Origin: Acholeplasmataceae bacterium
GTDB lineage: Bacteria; Bacillota_I; Bacilli_A; Acholeplasmatales; Acholeplasmataceae
Length of the DNA: 64,000 nucleotides
Assembly: GCA_963675245.1 (NCBI GenBank)
Contig: OY775910.1
Location: 960,001 to 1,024,000, forward strand
Direction: 5' to 3'
Shown: piece after piece, positions 39,439-50,906 of the stretch
Position numbering within the stretch: the stretch's first letter is position 1
Layout: every line of letters begins with the position of its first letter
The notes under the pieces: model-generated
Seen by the model: the letters and a program-made list of their open reading frames with translations, nothing else
Told to the model about the DNA's origin: nothing
The model's database searches: none
Program-made: the position numbers and the translations under genes

Positions 39439-40980
39439 ATGAAAAAGATTTTAATGGCAATAATGATTATGTTATGTATCGGTTTTGGGATTACAACAAG
39501 CCAAGCGAATATTGATACTGAAGATATTCCAGGGGGTAAGAATTTATTAAATTTAAGGACTGTCTATACAATTGATCCAAGTAATGAAGGATATAGTAGT
39601 AGGCATTATGTAGGTGTTCATTCAGGTTCAACGTACACGTTTGTTATGGACTATGCTTATTATGATAGTTGTTCGTATGTATCTTTAGGGTTTGAATATG
39701 AAGAATATCCTTCAGGTAATCCTGGATGGGTTGAATATCAATTTGATGAAGTCAATCAAAGAGTTTATGCAGAGTTTATACCAAATGCAGATTATATTAA
39801 TATTTATGCAATGCCTGTTCCTAGTGGGCCATATGTCATGAGTTACAATGTCATGATATATGAAGGTGACTACGTTGATTTTGATGGTTTTGAACCATAT
39901 GTTTTAGATGGATTTTCTTATCAAGATGCAGGTACTTTAGAAATCAATTATGATAATATGTTAACACTTGAAGACATTGAATCGTTAATTATAGCAAAGG
40001 ATCCGGATGGTAATACGATTGATAAAACAATCATTTCAAATTCGTTTAGTTCAAGTGATAAAATGCCTGGAGAATATCAAATTATTTTTCAAGCGATGAG
40101 TAACATGATTGCGAGAACTTATTTGTTAAGTATTGTTGTTTACGATAATACACCACCTGTCATTGTTGGTGAAGATACCTTAACGTATGAGTTCACAAAT
40201 AGACCGTCTATTGAAGCTATTACGGCTTTATACACGGCAACGGATAATGTTGACGGGTCTGTTCTAGTGTATGTACTTAATCAAACATATGAAAGTGCAT
40301 CGATGATCGGTTCATATATTATCGAATATGAAGCAATGGATTCTAGTGGTAATTCATCAACGAAAGAAGTCATTATAGAACTAGTAGATACAACACCACC
40401 CACCTTCAATGGACCTACGGATTTATATATTTATACAACAGACATACCTTATACAGATGCTGAACTATTAGCAACACTCTCGGCCATTGATGAAATCGAT
40501 GGATCTTGTGAAGTGACGATCGCGTCAAACAATTATAATCAAACCCAATTAGCAGGTGTTTATGAAGTTGAATTCATCACAAGCGACGCACTAGGCAATA
40601 GTGTTATAAGAGGTGTCTGGATTCACGTCATTGACAACAGAGGACCTTCGTTTGAGACCAACGAATTAATTATTGAAACGACACCGTCTGAATTACTTTC
40701 GGAAAGCGATGTTTTGTCAACGTTTACGTCTCATATGGCAACGTTAAATATGAAAGTAGATAACGTTAAAATTCAATATAGTGAATATGATACACATGAA
40801 AATGAAACTGGAAATTACTATGTTTATTTGTCATATGATGTTGATGGCGTTACACAAACAACAAGGGTGCTAATTACAGTTAATAATGAAGGGTTATCAT
40901 TTTCGCCTTATTATTTATTAGGTATTGTTCCAATCGTAGGTTTAGCGGTTTACATTTTCATTAAAAAAAGACCATTTTAA
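39439..40980 (+). CDS. Surface protein with tandem Ig-like repeats and C-terminal TM anchor
   Basis: Signal peptide; DNTPPVI/DTTPPTF/DNRGPSF repeats with ATDNVDG..Y.A.D.SGN; C-terminal TM plus KKR. Confidence 0.82.
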   Translation: MKKILMAIMIMLCIGFGITTSQANIDTEDIPGGKNLLNLRTVYTIDPSNEGYSSRHYVGVHSGSTYTFVMDYAYYDSCSYVSLGFEYEEYPSGNPGWVEYQFDEVNQRVYAEFIPNADYINIYAMPVPSGPYVMSYNVMIYEGDYVDFDGFEPYVLDGFSYQDAGTLEINYDNMLTLEDIESLIIAKDPDGNTIDKTIISNSFSSSDKMPGEYQIIFQAMSNMIARTYLLSIVVYDNTPPVIVGEDTLTYEFTNRPSIEAITALYTATDNVDGSVLVYVLNQTYESASMIGSYIIEYEAMDSSGNSSTKEVIIELVDTTPPTFNGPTDLYIYTTDIPYTDAELLATLSAIDEIDGSCEVTIASNNYNQTQLAGVYEVEFITSDALGNSVIRGVWIHVIDNRGPSFETNELIIETTPSELLSESDVLSTFTSHMATLNMKVDNVKIQYSEYDTHENETGNYYVYLSYDVDGVTQTTRVLITVNNEGLSFSPYYLLGIVPIVGLAVYIFIKKRPF

Positions 40981-41036
40981 ATAGTTGTGCAAAAAGAATT
41001 GACACATGATTAAAAAAAAGGTATAATTCTTTTTGC

Positions 41037-41121
41037 GCGGGTGTGGCGAAATTGGCATACGCACTAGACTTAGGATCTAGCGCCTCACGGCATGCAGGTT
41101 CAAGTCCTGTCACCCGCACCA
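41037..41121 (+). tRNA. tRNA-Leu(TAG)
   Basis: GCGGGTG/CACCCGC, CTAGA-CTTAGGA-TCTAG, long variable arm, CCA; TTGACA..TATAAT promoter upstream and terminator at 41132-41162. Confidence 0.96.
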
Positions 41122-41256
41122 TACAACATATAAAAGGACTTCAAATCATGAAGTCTTTTTTTGTGTTTGTGAAAAAATGTACGATTTAAGATTGATTATT
41201 CTATGTATAGTTGATATAATCTATTAAACAAAACATTCGCTCAAATGGGGGACATC

Positions 41257-41586
41257 ATGCCGAATTACAGAACTTGGATCAAATATGTAAGTGCCAATAT
41301 TGTTTTTCATTTAATCACTTTGTTTATGATTGTGATGTTACTTATTTTTGGTAAATACACGATGATCAGTAGTGTCGTGACCGCTATGTTTATTTGCTTA
41401 GTAATGATTAGTCTAAATGGTTTAGCGGTATATGCCATAAAGAGAAGTCAAAAACGTCAAATTCAAATATGCAAACCTGCAAAATTGGTTGCGATCATTT
41501 CGCTAGTAGGTCTCATTATAGTTACGCTATTTGGTGTAAATCCTAGTCAGATAACAACGGATATAATTATGGAAGATAAAAATTAA
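41257..41586 (+). CDS. Small membrane protein (3 TM)
   Basis: Hydrophobic ORF; upstream TGnTATAAT; ends at the terminator 41586-41612. Confidence 0.6.
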   Translation: MPNYRTWIKYVSANIVFHLITLFMIVMLLIFGKYTMISSVVTAMFICLVMISLNGLAVYAIKRSQKRQIQICKPAKLVAIISLVGLIIVTLFGVNPSQITTDIIMEDKN

Positions 41587-41612
41587 AGGCATCCATTTGG
41601 ATGCCTTCTTTT

Positions 41613-42878
41613 TTAGTTTTCAGGAACGATTTCTTTTTTATATTCGAAATCAGGATAACTACTTGATAAACCATGTTCTAATAAGTCAAGTCCTGTAATT
41701 TCCTCTTCAGCAGATACGCGAAGACCAACCACAAGATCAATTACCTTAAATAGTACATAAGACGTTGTTAATGTCCATAATGCTACCGTTAATACACCAA
41801 GTGATTGAACGCCTAACATCATCGCACCGCCACCATAGAATAAACCACCTTCGGTTGCGAAAAAACCAACTAAGATTGTACCAACTGCACCACTTAAACC
41901 ATGAACGGCAATCGCCCCAACCGGATCATCAATTTTAAGCACAGAATCAATAAATGCTGATCCAAATACGATGACTAATCCAGCAATCGCCCCAATAGCT
42001 ATTGCACCACCAGCATCAACGATATCACAACCAGCAGTAATCGCGACTAAACCACCAAGTGCACCATTTAACGTGGCACCTACTTCAGGTTTTTTACTAA
42101 TGAACCAAGTAACACCCATTGTTACAATGGCACCTGTTGCTGCTGCTAGATTTGTTGTCATGAAGATATGAGAAGCAGAAGCACCACCATCACTGCTAAC
42201 ACCTAACGTTGAACCAGGATTAAAACCAAACCAACCAAACCAGAGAATGAATACACCGAGCGCGCCAAGTGTCAAACTATGTCCACTTAATTTATTGGCA
42301 CTACCATCTTTATTGTATTTGCCAATTCTTGGTCCTAATACAGCGGCACCAACTAATGCAGCCCATCCACCAACAGAGTGAACAACGGTAGATCCTGCAA
42401 AATCATGGAATCCGCCACCGATTTGACTTAACCAACCGCCTCCCCAAATCCAATGACCGACGACTGGATAAATAACGAGTGTAATAAAGAAGCTATAAAT
42501 CAAATAAGATACGAATTTTGTACGTTCTGCCATGGCACCTGAGACGATGGTTGCTGCAGTCGCTGCGAACACAGTTTGGAAAATCATAAAAGCAGGTAAA
42601 GGAATCGTTAATCCTAAATGTTCATAAAGTGAGTTAGAAAATAAATATATTTGTCCAAACACACCTCCAATACTTTCCCCGAACATAATGCTAAAACCAA
42701 AAATGAAATAAATGACAGAACCAACAGCAAAGTCCATTAAGTTCTTCATAATAATATTTCCGGCATTTTTAGCTCGTGTAAACCCAGTTTCTACCATCGC
42801 AAACCCAGCTTGCATAAAGAACACAAGTGCAGTAGCAACTAAAACCCAAATTGTATCAATGGCCATACTATAATCCAT
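41613..42878 (-). CDS. amt: Ammonium transporter
   Basis: FMQAGFAMVE, DFAGSTVVHSVGG, LWFGWFGFN, DDPVGAIAVHG; GAGGG SD before ATG 42878. Confidence 0.96.
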   Translation of the reverse strand: MDYSMAIDTIWVLVATALVFFMQAGFAMVETGFTRAKNAGNIIMKNLMDFAVGSVIYFIFGFSIMFGESIGGVFGQIYLFSNSLYEHLGLTIPLPAFMIFQTVFAATAATIVSGAMAERTKFVSYLIYSFFITLVIYPVVGHWIWGGGWLSQIGGGFHDFAGSTVVHSVGGWAALVGAAVLGPRIGKYNKDGSANKLSGHSLTLGALGVFILWFGWFGFNPGSTLGVSSDGGASASHIFMTTNLAAATGAIVTMGVTWFISKKPEVGATLNGALGGLVAITAGCDIVDAGGAIAIGAIAGLVIVFGSAFIDSVLKIDDPVGAIAVHGLSGAVGTILVGFFATEGGLFYGGGAMMLGVQSLGVLTVALWTLTTSYVLFKVIDLVVGLRVSAEEEITGLDLLEHGLSSSYPDFEYKKEIVPEN

Positions 42879-43276
42879 AAAAATCCCTCTTTCTTTACAA
42901 TAATATGTTGAAATCTTACTATAAAAGCAATCAATATACAACATAAAATGTAAATAAACTATAAAACTTTACATTGAAAATGTTTTCAAAGCTTATTCGT
43001 TTAGTATACGATTGCATATTTGGGTGTATTTATATTAAATATAGGGTAAATATGTAAAGTTCACTATAAATCATGAAAATTGCAAGAAAGGCTTTCATAT
43101 TGTTTGCCAAAGTGCTACAATTGATAAACGGTGGGGCATACCCTAAATGTCTTTTTTACAATGATTTTTAAAATCATTCTAATGTGGCTAAAAATTGAAA
43201 AAGGTCTTAAAAAAAACGACCTTTTGTAATATAATAAACATGTTAGTAATAAAGCGATGTAAAGGAGTATGAATAG

Positions 43277-43738
43277 ATGCTAAAAGCAGGCGTGAAAGCT
43301 GAACAATTCAGTTTGCCTGATGCTGATGGAAATATTCATAATCTATCAGATTATCGGGGTAAAAGAATCGTCTTATATTTCTATCCAAAAGATATGACAT
43401 CTGGATGTACGACACAAGCATGCGCATTTCGTGATGTGTATGATGAATATAAGGAAAGAGATCTGACATTGATTGGTATCTCAAAAGATGATGGGAAAAG
43501 CCATAAAAAGTTTATCGAAACACATGAACTTCCTTTCCTATTATTAAGTGATGTCGATACAGCAGTATGTAAAGCATATGGTGTATGGGTTGAAAAATCA
43601 CTTTATGGCAATAAATATATGGGTATTCAACGTGCAACATTCATCATCGATGAAGAAGGTACGATTATTAAAGTCTTTGAGAAGGCATCTCCAAAAGAGA
43701 ATGCAAATAATATACTTAAGTTTTTAGATCATTACTAG
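43277..43738 (+). CDS. bcp: Peroxiredoxin Q / BCP
   Basis: LYFYPKDMTSGCTTQACAFRD. Confidence 0.95.
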   Translation: MLKAGVKAEQFSLPDADGNIHNLSDYRGKRIVLYFYPKDMTSGCTTQACAFRDVYDEYKERDLTLIGISKDDGKSHKKFIETHELPFLLLSDVDTAVCKAYGVWVEKSLYGNKYMGIQRATFIIDEEGTIIKVFEKASPKENANNILKFLDHY

Positions 43739-43747
43739 GAGGTTAAC

Positions 43748-46700
43748 ATGGTTACAAAAAAAGTAATTAAGTCTATGGATGGTAATGAAGCTGCTGCTTA
43801 TTGCGCATATGCATTTACTGAGTTAGCAGGTATCTATCCGATTACACCATCCTCCCCAATGGCACAATTTATTGACCTTTGGGCATCGCAAGGCAAAAAG
43901 AATTTATTCGGTATGCCTGTAAAAGTAGTCGAAATGCAAAGTGAAGCTGGTGCTGCAGGTACTGTTCACGGTTCACTCCAAATGGGTGCATTAACAACAA
44001 CATTTACTGCATCACAAGGTTTATTATTAAAGGTTCCTAACATGTATAAAATTGCTGGTCAATTATTACCAGGAGTTATTCATGTTGCTGCTCGTTCAAT
44101 TGCCGCACAAGCATTATCAATCTTTGGTGATCACCAAGACGTCATGGCTGCTCGTCAAACTGGATGGGGTATGATTGCTTCCACATCTGTACAATCTTCA
44201 ATGGATTTAGCAGGTGTTGCTCACTTATCCGCAATCAAATCAAGCGTACCATTTGTTCATTTCTTTGATGGTTTTAGAACGTCACATGAAGTTCAATCGA
44301 TCGAAGTAATGGATTATGAAGTGTTTGATAGATTGTTAGACCGTGAAGCAGTTGCTAAATTTAGATCTATTGGATTAAATCCTGAACATCCAATCACACG
44401 CGGTACTGCACAAAGTGATGATGTCTATTTCCAAACACGTATTTTACAAGCATCACATTACGAACAAGTTCCTGATGTTGTTAATGACTATATGAAAGAA
44501 ATTTCTAAAGTCACGGGTCGTGATTATGCACCATTTGTATGGTATGGCGATCCAGAAGCAACTGATGCTATTGTTGCAATGGGATCAATTTGTAGTTCCG
44601 CTAAACAAACAGTAGACTATTTAAATGCAAATGGCAAAAAGGTTGGTCTTTTAACTGTTCACCTTTATCGTCCATTCAGCACGAAATATTTCTTAGATGC
44701 AATGCCAGCATCTGTTAAACGTATTGCTGTTTTAGATAGAACAATTGAACCAGGATCTATTGGAGAACCATTATATTTAGATATCAAATCATTATATTAT
44801 GATGCTGAAGATAAACCACTTATTCTTGGTGGTCGTTATGGCCTTTCTTCAAAAGATACAACACCTGCAATGGTCAAAGCGATTTATGACAACTTAGAAG
44901 GTGAACAAAAAGATCACTTTACGATTGGTATTGACGATGATGTCACACATACATCACTTGAATATGATAAGACACTTGATCTTGTTGATGAAAATACAAC
45001 AGAATTATTATTCTTCGGTTTAGGTTCTGATGGTACCGTTGGTGCCTCAAAGAATATTACGAAGATTATTGGTGACCACACAGACTTATTCTCACAAGCT
45101 TATGCATCTTACGATTCTAAAAAAGCTGGTGGTATTACGAGAATGCATTTACGTTTCTCTGATAAACCAATCCGTTCTACGTATTTAGTTAATTATCCAA
45201 ACTTTGTCTCTTGTTCAACAGATACCTATTTGAAAAAATATGATATGCTTAAAGGTCTTAAAGACGGTGGTACATTCTTACTTAATACACAAACACCTGT
45301 CGAAGATATTGAAGCACATCTTCCAAATCGCGTAAAACGTCAATTAGCACAAAAGAAAGCGAAATTCTATATTATTAACGCTGTAGATCTTGCTTATGAA
45401 ATTGGTTTAGGACGCCGTATTAACACGATTATGCAATCTGCATTCTTCAAATTAAACGAACATTTAATGAACGCTGAAGATGCAAATAAGTATATGAAAG
45501 AATATGCTAAGAAGACTTATGGACGTAAAGGTGACGCCATCGTTAAGATGAACGCTGCTGCAATTGATGCCGGCTATAAGAACTTAGTTGAAGTTAAAGT
45601 CAATCCTGATTGGGCACTCCTAACAGATGACGTTAAAGCTGAAGATAACGATCGTCCAGATTTCGTTAAGAAAATCGCAGATGTCGTTAATGCAATTGAA
45701 GGGGATTCACTTCCAGTTTCTGCGTTCTTAGGCTATGAAGATGCACATATGACAAACGGTACAACAGCATATGAAAAACGCGGTATCGCAAACTTCGTCC
45801 CTGAATGGCGTAGTGAAAATTGTATTCAATGTAATCAATGTGTATTCGCATGTCCTCATGGCGTCATTAGAGCATTCTTGGCAGATGAGTCTGAAGTTGC
45901 TGGCGCACCTGAAAGTGCTAAAATGTTAGATGCTAGAGGAAAAGACATGGCTGGTATGAAGTTCACAATTCAAGTGTCAACACTTGATTGTACAGAATGC
46001 GGACTATGTGTTGAAGTATGTCCTACAAAAGAAAAATCACTTGCTATGGTACCAATTGGCGATCAACTTGCACTTGGTTCACAACAAACAGCTGATTATT
46101 TCTTCAATGAAGTTACTTATAAAGATATGGGTACAAACAATCCTAAGAACCTATCATTTAATCAACCATTATTTGAATTCTCAGGTGCTTGTGCAGGTTG
46201 TGGTGAAACACCTTATATTAAGGCGTTAACCCAATTATATGGTGATCACTTAGTGATTGCTAATGCAACGGGTTGTACATCTATTTATGGTGCGTCATTC
46301 CCAGCAACACCTTACACAACAAACAAAGAAGGTTTTGGTCCTGCTTGGGCTAACTCACTCTTTGAAGATAATGCTGAATTTGGATTTGGTATGCGTATTG
46401 CTTATGAAACCATTAGAGATAGAGTACAAACACTCTTCGCTGATCATTTAGATGACATGCCTGCTGATTTAAAAGAAAAAGCACAATCATGGATTGAAAA
46501 CAGATCAAGTGCTGAAATCACAAGATCACTGAAGAAAGATTTAGTTGCAGGTCTTGAAAAAATTAATAAACCATTCGCCAAAGAATTATTAAGTATTAAA
46601 GAATACTTTGGAAAAGTTTCTCAATGGATTATCGGTGGAGATGGTTGGGCTTATGACATCGGTTATGGTGGATTAGATCACGTTATCGCAAATAACGAAG

Positions 46701-47290
46701 ACGTTAACATCCTCGTATTAGATACTGAAGTTTATTCTAACACTGGTGGTCAATCTTCAAAAGCAGCTCCAATGGGTGCGATTGCTAAATTCGCAGCTGC
46801 TGGTAAGCCAACTAAGAAGAAAGATTTAGGTGCAATCGCAATGAGTTATGGTCATGTTTATGTGGCTCAAATTTCACATGGTGCATCACCTGCTCAAGTT
46901 GTGAAAGCATTTAAAGAAGCTGAAAGTTATAATGGTCCATCAATTATTATTGCTTATGCACCATGTATTGAACATAACATCAAAGGTGGATTAACAAATT
47001 CATTTGCTCAAGCTAAACTTGCAACACAATGTGGGTACTGGCCAACTTATCGTTTTGACCCACGTTTAGAAGAAGAAGGAAAGAATCCATTCCAACTTGA
47101 TTCACGTGAACCAGTTTGGGATATGTATCAAGACTTCTTATTAAATGAAGGACGTTTCTCTCAACTTACACAAATCAACCCAGATCACGCAGCTGAGTTG
47201 TTAGATGCAAACATGAAAAATGCACAAAAACGTTGGCGTATGTATCAACGTTATAAAGCAATGGATTATTCACTTTCTGAAGAAGAATAA
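43748..47290 (+). CDS. nifJ: Pyruvate:ferredoxin (flavodoxin) oxidoreductase
   Basis: YPITPSS, EMQSEAGAAG, CIQCNQCVFACP, CTECGLCVEVCP, GACAGCGE, GGDGWAYDIG. Confidence 0.97.
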   Translation: MVTKKVIKSMDGNEAAAYCAYAFTELAGIYPITPSSPMAQFIDLWASQGKKNLFGMPVKVVEMQSEAGAAGTVHGSLQMGALTTTFTASQGLLLKVPNMYKIAGQLLPGVIHVAARSIAAQALSIFGDHQDVMAARQTGWGMIASTSVQSSMDLAGVAHLSAIKSSVPFVHFFDGFRTSHEVQSIEVMDYEVFDRLLDREAVAKFRSIGLNPEHPITRGTAQSDDVYFQTRILQASHYEQVPDVVNDYMKEISKVTGRDYAPFVWYGDPEATDAIVAMGSICSSAKQTVDYLNANGKKVGLLTVHLYRPFSTKYFLDAMPASVKRIAVLDRTIEPGSIGEPLYLDIKSLYYDAEDKPLILGGRYGLSSKDTTPAMVKAIYDNLEGEQKDHFTIGIDDDVTHTSLEYDKTLDLVDENTTELLFFGLGSDGTVGASKNITKIIGDHTDLFSQAYASYDSKKAGGITRMHLRFSDKPIRSTYLVNYPNFVSCSTDTYLKKYDMLKGLKDGGTFLLNTQTPVEDIEAHLPNRVKRQLAQKKAKFYIINAVDLAYEIGLGRRINTIMQSAFFKLNEHLMNAEDANKYMKEYAKKTYGRKGDAIVKMNAAAIDAGYKNLVEVKVNPDWALLTDDVKAEDNDRPDFVKKIADVVNAIEGDSLPVSAFLGYEDAHMTNGTTAYEKRGIANFVPEWRSENCIQCNQCVFACPHGVIRAFLADESEVAGAPESAKMLDARGKDMAGMKFTIQVSTLDCTECGLCVEVCPTKEKSLAMVPIGDQLALGSQQTADYFFNEVTYKDMGTNNPKNLSFNQPLFEFSGACAGCGETPYIKALTQLYGDHLVIANATGCTSIYGASFPATPYTTNKEGFGPAWANSLFEDNAEFGFGMRIAYETIRDRVQTLFADHLDDMPADLKEKAQSWIENRSSAEITRSLKKDLVAGLEKINKPFAKELLSIKEYFGKVSQWIIGGDGWAYDIGYGGLDHVIANNEDVNILVLDTEVYSNTGGQSSKAAPMGAIAKFAAAGKPTKKKDLGAIAMSYGHVYVAQISHGASPAQVVKAFKEAESYNGPSIIIAYAPCIEHNIKGGLTNSFAQAKLATQCGYWPTYRFDPRLEEEGKNPFQLDSREPVWDMYQDFLLNEGRFSQLTQINPDHAAELLDANMKNAQKRWRMYQRYKAMDYSLSEEE

Positions 47291-47303
47291 TAACATACAC
47301 AAC

Positions 47304-47339
47304 AAAAGGCTTCAATCTTTATAGATTGAGGTCTTTTTT
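47304..47339 (+). terminator. Intrinsic terminator after nifJ
   Basis: GGCTTCAATCT/AGATTGAGGTC (with G-U pairs) plus T run. Confidence 0.8.
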
Positions 47340-47454
47340 ACATTATTATCCATTTGAATGGTAATTCAAAGCAAAATATCGAAAATAAATTGAATTTCAC
47401 GTCATTTTATGATAGAGTATTATTATCCTAAAAATATGGAAGAACGGTGAAGTT

Positions 47455-47661
47455 ATGCAAGAATTTATCAAAAAATATAAATTTCTCTTAATTGTGATAG
47501 GGCTCGTCTTGATCTGTCTATTACCGACACTTATTCTATTCAGCATATTACAACGTGAGTTCGTTGATATCGGTTTATTATTTACAGCAATTTTGTTTGT
47601 TATACTCATCTTACCGATTAGAAGTGCTCTTAATAAATATAAGGAATCTAGAAAAGATTAA
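47455..47661 (+). CDS. Small 2-TM membrane protein
   Basis: 68 aa, two hydrophobic helices, basic ends. Confidence 0.6.
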   Translation: MQEFIKKYKFLLIVIGLVLICLLPTLILFSILQREFVDIGLLFTAILFVILILPIRSALNKYKESRKD

Positions 47662-47914
47662 TAGATACAAATTAGGGCGGGCGTAAATCCCAATATACTT
47701 TCTATATTTATATGCACACGTGAAAAAACGTCAATTCAAAACTGAAAGTGCAAAATCTTAAATTATTTGAAAGTTATTTGTAAAAACACCCTAAAGTGAC
47801 AAAGTTATTAAAAAAATCGTATGAGTAAACGTTTTCAACATGAGAAAATAGTCAAAATAAGGTTTTTTTGGTATAATACATATAAATATTTTTTTAAAAG
47901 GAGAGAAAAAAGTA

Positions 47915-50878
47915 ATGAAAAAAATTTTATCAATTCTATTCATCTTATCTTTCGCATTCGCACTCGTTGCATGTCAAGATGAACCTGAACCAGATCCAGT
48001 TAACACTGCTCCAGTGATCTCAGGTGCTGTTGACGTTCCTGACTTAGTGCATGGTACTGCCTTTGATCCACTTGAAGGTGTAAGTGCTGCAGATGCTGAA
48101 GATGGAGATCTTACATCATCTATCGTCGTATCAGGCGATACAGTTGATGTAAATGTAGATGGTGTATACGAAGTTACATACACTGTTGAAGACTCAGAAG
48201 GCTTAACAGACTCAGTGACGATTAATGTTACAGTCTACACACCTAACAGAGCTCCAGTTATTTCAGGTGCTTCAAGTTCAGCTATTGAAGTTGGTGGAAC
48301 ATTTGATCCAACTGCTGGCGTAAGTGCTGCTGATGCTGAAGATGGTGATATCACAGCTGATATCGTTGTTACAGGTTCTGTAGACAGTTCAGTTCCTGGT
48401 AGAAACCAAATCACTTACTCTGTTGAAGACTCAGAAGGTTTAGTTGGTTATGCAACTATCAACGTATTAGTCGTTGAAGATGTTGATGCACTTTATAGTG
48501 GTACATTAAATCTTAAGTTTGCTAGTTCCGACACTAAAAACACTTTCTTTGCTGCTGCTGAAAGATACTTATTAGATAACATGGTTGGTGGTATTCCATT
48601 CTATGTTGCTAACTCATTCTCATTGTTAGCTGCTCGTGTTACATTACCAGTTGATTCATATATTCCATCATATGGTTGGGGTACTCGTTATGCTCAAGTA
48701 ACTGCTGATGACTCACAAGTATTAAATGTTAGTGGTCAATTCGGCGAAGCTGGTGAATATACATACCGTGCTTGGGATACTCAAACATTCTCAACACTTA
48801 ATTACTGGATTTATGATGATTCAATATCAGCTGACTACATGGCTTATATTAACGGTGGTTTCTACGTTCAAGCATTAAATGATGCTCAAAACGGTTGGGA
48901 ATTCGTTCCTGAACTTGCTGATGGTGCTCCAGTTGCTGTAGGACCAACGGTAGCAGAAATTAACGGTAAAGTTACTTCTAAGTCATGGCAAATTTCACTT
49001 AAAGATGGCTTACAATGGGCGTTTAATTCAGGTATTGATACAACAGGATTTGATTTAGTAATCGATGCTAATGACTTCATCTGGACATATAAAGAAGCAT
49101 TAACACAAAATTACTTCCGTGCTATTTCTGGTGGTGGTGACTTCGTTTCTGAAATCGCTGGCGCTGAAGCATATTCACAACGTGCTGCTGAAATTTACGG
49201 TGGTGACGCTGAACCTACAGCTGCTGAACTTGCTGAATTAGAAACATTATGGGCTTCAGTAGGTCTTAAGAAAATTGATGACCTTACACTTGAATTCACA
49301 ACAATTAATGCTAAAGGCACATTCGATGCTTATTATCTATTAGCTTGGCCAGCAATCCAACAAGATCTTTATGACCAAGATCCTGAATCTTATGGTACTG
49401 ATGAATTACACATCGCTTCAAGTGGTGAATATGTAATGACTTCATTCGAAGCTGGCAAACTTACACAATTTAGAAAGAATCCTCTTTATCCAACTGATGA
49501 TGTTGGTGTAACACAATGGACTGGTTATGATATCTTTATCTATGAATCAGCTGAAGTTGCGTTCCAAGCATTCTTAGATGGGAAACTTGAAATGAGCGGC
49601 GTTCCAAATGCTCGTATCCAAGAATTCATTTCGGATCCAAGATTACTTCAAACACCAGATGCTACAACATGGAGACTTAATGTTAATGGTTTAAAAACAC
49701 CAGAACAACAACAATCTGAATTCCCTGGTTCAACATATGATCCAGAACCAATCTTAGGTTATACAGACTTTAGAAAAGCCCTTTACTACATCTTAGACAG
49801 ACAAGACTTACAAGAAAACTGGGTTCCTTCATCTGGTCTTGGTACAACTTACTTCTCAAATGCATACTATGTAGATCCAGAATCAGGTATTCCTTACCGT
49901 TCATCAGAACAAGCTCTAGAATTATTCAATGACTTTGGTGGTGAAACTTGGGGTTACAATAAAGGCTTAGCATTATCTTACTTAAGAAGTGCTGTAAGTG
50001 AAGCAATTGCAGATGGTTTCTATGAAGCAGGTACTGCTCAAGAATATAATGAAATCAAACTTGAAGTTCGTTTCATGAATATTACGCAAAGTGATGCAAC
50101 TAAAGTACGTTCAGACTTTGTCAAACAAGCATTCGAATTATTAGTTGATAACACAAACTACGTTAAAGTAGTCGTTGACATCGTTGACACACCATTCCCA
50201 TCAATCTATTATGATTACATGATGACTGGTGACTTTGATATCGCTATTGGTGGTATCCAAGGTTCAGCACTTGATGCTTCTTCATTCTTAGATGTATTCT
50301 CATCAGATAATCGTGGTGGCTTCACAATTAACTGGGGCTTTGATTCATCACTTCCTGAAGTTCCAGTAACTTGGGATGATGACAATGATCCACTTACACC
50401 AGATGTCACTAAAGTATTCTCATATGATGCGATTGTTACTGCTCTTAACGGTAAAGCAACAATTTCATTAGGTGATGACGTACCTCCAACGCTTGACGCT
50501 GGCGAATACGCTGACTGGGATGCTGTTAAATCAGAAATCGAAGACTTTGTTGATCCATATGCTTATCCAGAATTTACCGGTGGACCATTCGAAATCATTG
50601 AAGATGAATCTGCTCTTGGTGGTATTTGGATTGTTCTTCCAGAAGGTACAACATTCGCTGATGTTCAAACAGCATTTGCTACTTGGCATTATTGGACAGA
50701 AGAAGAGTATGAAGGCGATTGGGGTGCAGAATTCGAATCACCATCAGGTACATTCGTAATTTATGGACCAGATTGGACTGTTGAAGATTCAGCAGGTGCA
50801 GACTATGCTGCTTACTATGGCATCGTCGTTCCAACAGATAACGAAGGTAACCCACTTCCATCACTCTTACTTTACTAA
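47915..50878 (+). CDS. oppA: OppA-like oligopeptide-binding lipoprotein with two N-terminal Ig-like repeats
   Basis: LVAC lipobox; two N.APVISG...FDP..GVSAADAEDGD.T repeats; SBP-5 features (PELA, LKDGLQW, IDANDFIWTY, FRKAL); heads the opp operon. Confidence 0.85.
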   Translation: MKKILSILFILSFAFALVACQDEPEPDPVNTAPVISGAVDVPDLVHGTAFDPLEGVSAADAEDGDLTSSIVVSGDTVDVNVDGVYEVTYTVEDSEGLTDSVTINVTVYTPNRAPVISGASSSAIEVGGTFDPTAGVSAADAEDGDITADIVVTGSVDSSVPGRNQITYSVEDSEGLVGYATINVLVVEDVDALYSGTLNLKFASSDTKNTFFAAAERYLLDNMVGGIPFYVANSFSLLAARVTLPVDSYIPSYGWGTRYAQVTADDSQVLNVSGQFGEAGEYTYRAWDTQTFSTLNYWIYDDSISADYMAYINGGFYVQALNDAQNGWEFVPELADGAPVAVGPTVAEINGKVTSKSWQISLKDGLQWAFNSGIDTTGFDLVIDANDFIWTYKEALTQNYFRAISGGGDFVSEIAGAEAYSQRAAEIYGGDAEPTAAELAELETLWASVGLKKIDDLTLEFTTINAKGTFDAYYLLAWPAIQQDLYDQDPESYGTDELHIASSGEYVMTSFEAGKLTQFRKNPLYPTDDVGVTQWTGYDIFIYESAEVAFQAFLDGKLEMSGVPNARIQEFISDPRLLQTPDATTWRLNVNGLKTPEQQQSEFPGSTYDPEPILGYTDFRKALYYILDRQDLQENWVPSSGLGTTYFSNAYYVDPESGIPYRSSEQALELFNDFGGETWGYNKGLALSYLRSAVSEAIADGFYEAGTAQEYNEIKLEVRFMNITQSDATKVRSDFVKQAFELLVDNTNYVKVVVDIVDTPFPSIYYDYMMTGDFDIAIGGIQGSALDASSFLDVFSSDNRGGFTINWGFDSSLPEVPVTWDDDNDPLTPDVTKVFSYDAIVTALNGKATISLGDDVPPTLDAGEYADWDAVKSEIEDFVDPYAYPEFTGGPFEIIEDESALGGIWIVLPEGTTFADVQTAFATWHYWTEEEYEGDWGAEFESPSGTFVIYGPDWTVEDSAGADYAAYYGIVVPTDNEGNPLPSLLLY

Positions 50879-50906
50879 GATTATTAATTAATTTTAAATA
50901 ATTAAA

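Noticed and set aside
42880..43080. GlnR/TnrA box upstream of amt
   Set aside because: No TGTNA-N7-TNACA with correct spacing was found.
35428..47794. Recurrent ACCCTAA motif upstream of tdh, bcp-nifJ and oppA
   Set aside because: Only 7 bp and non-palindromic; cannot be distinguished from chance without a genome-wide count.
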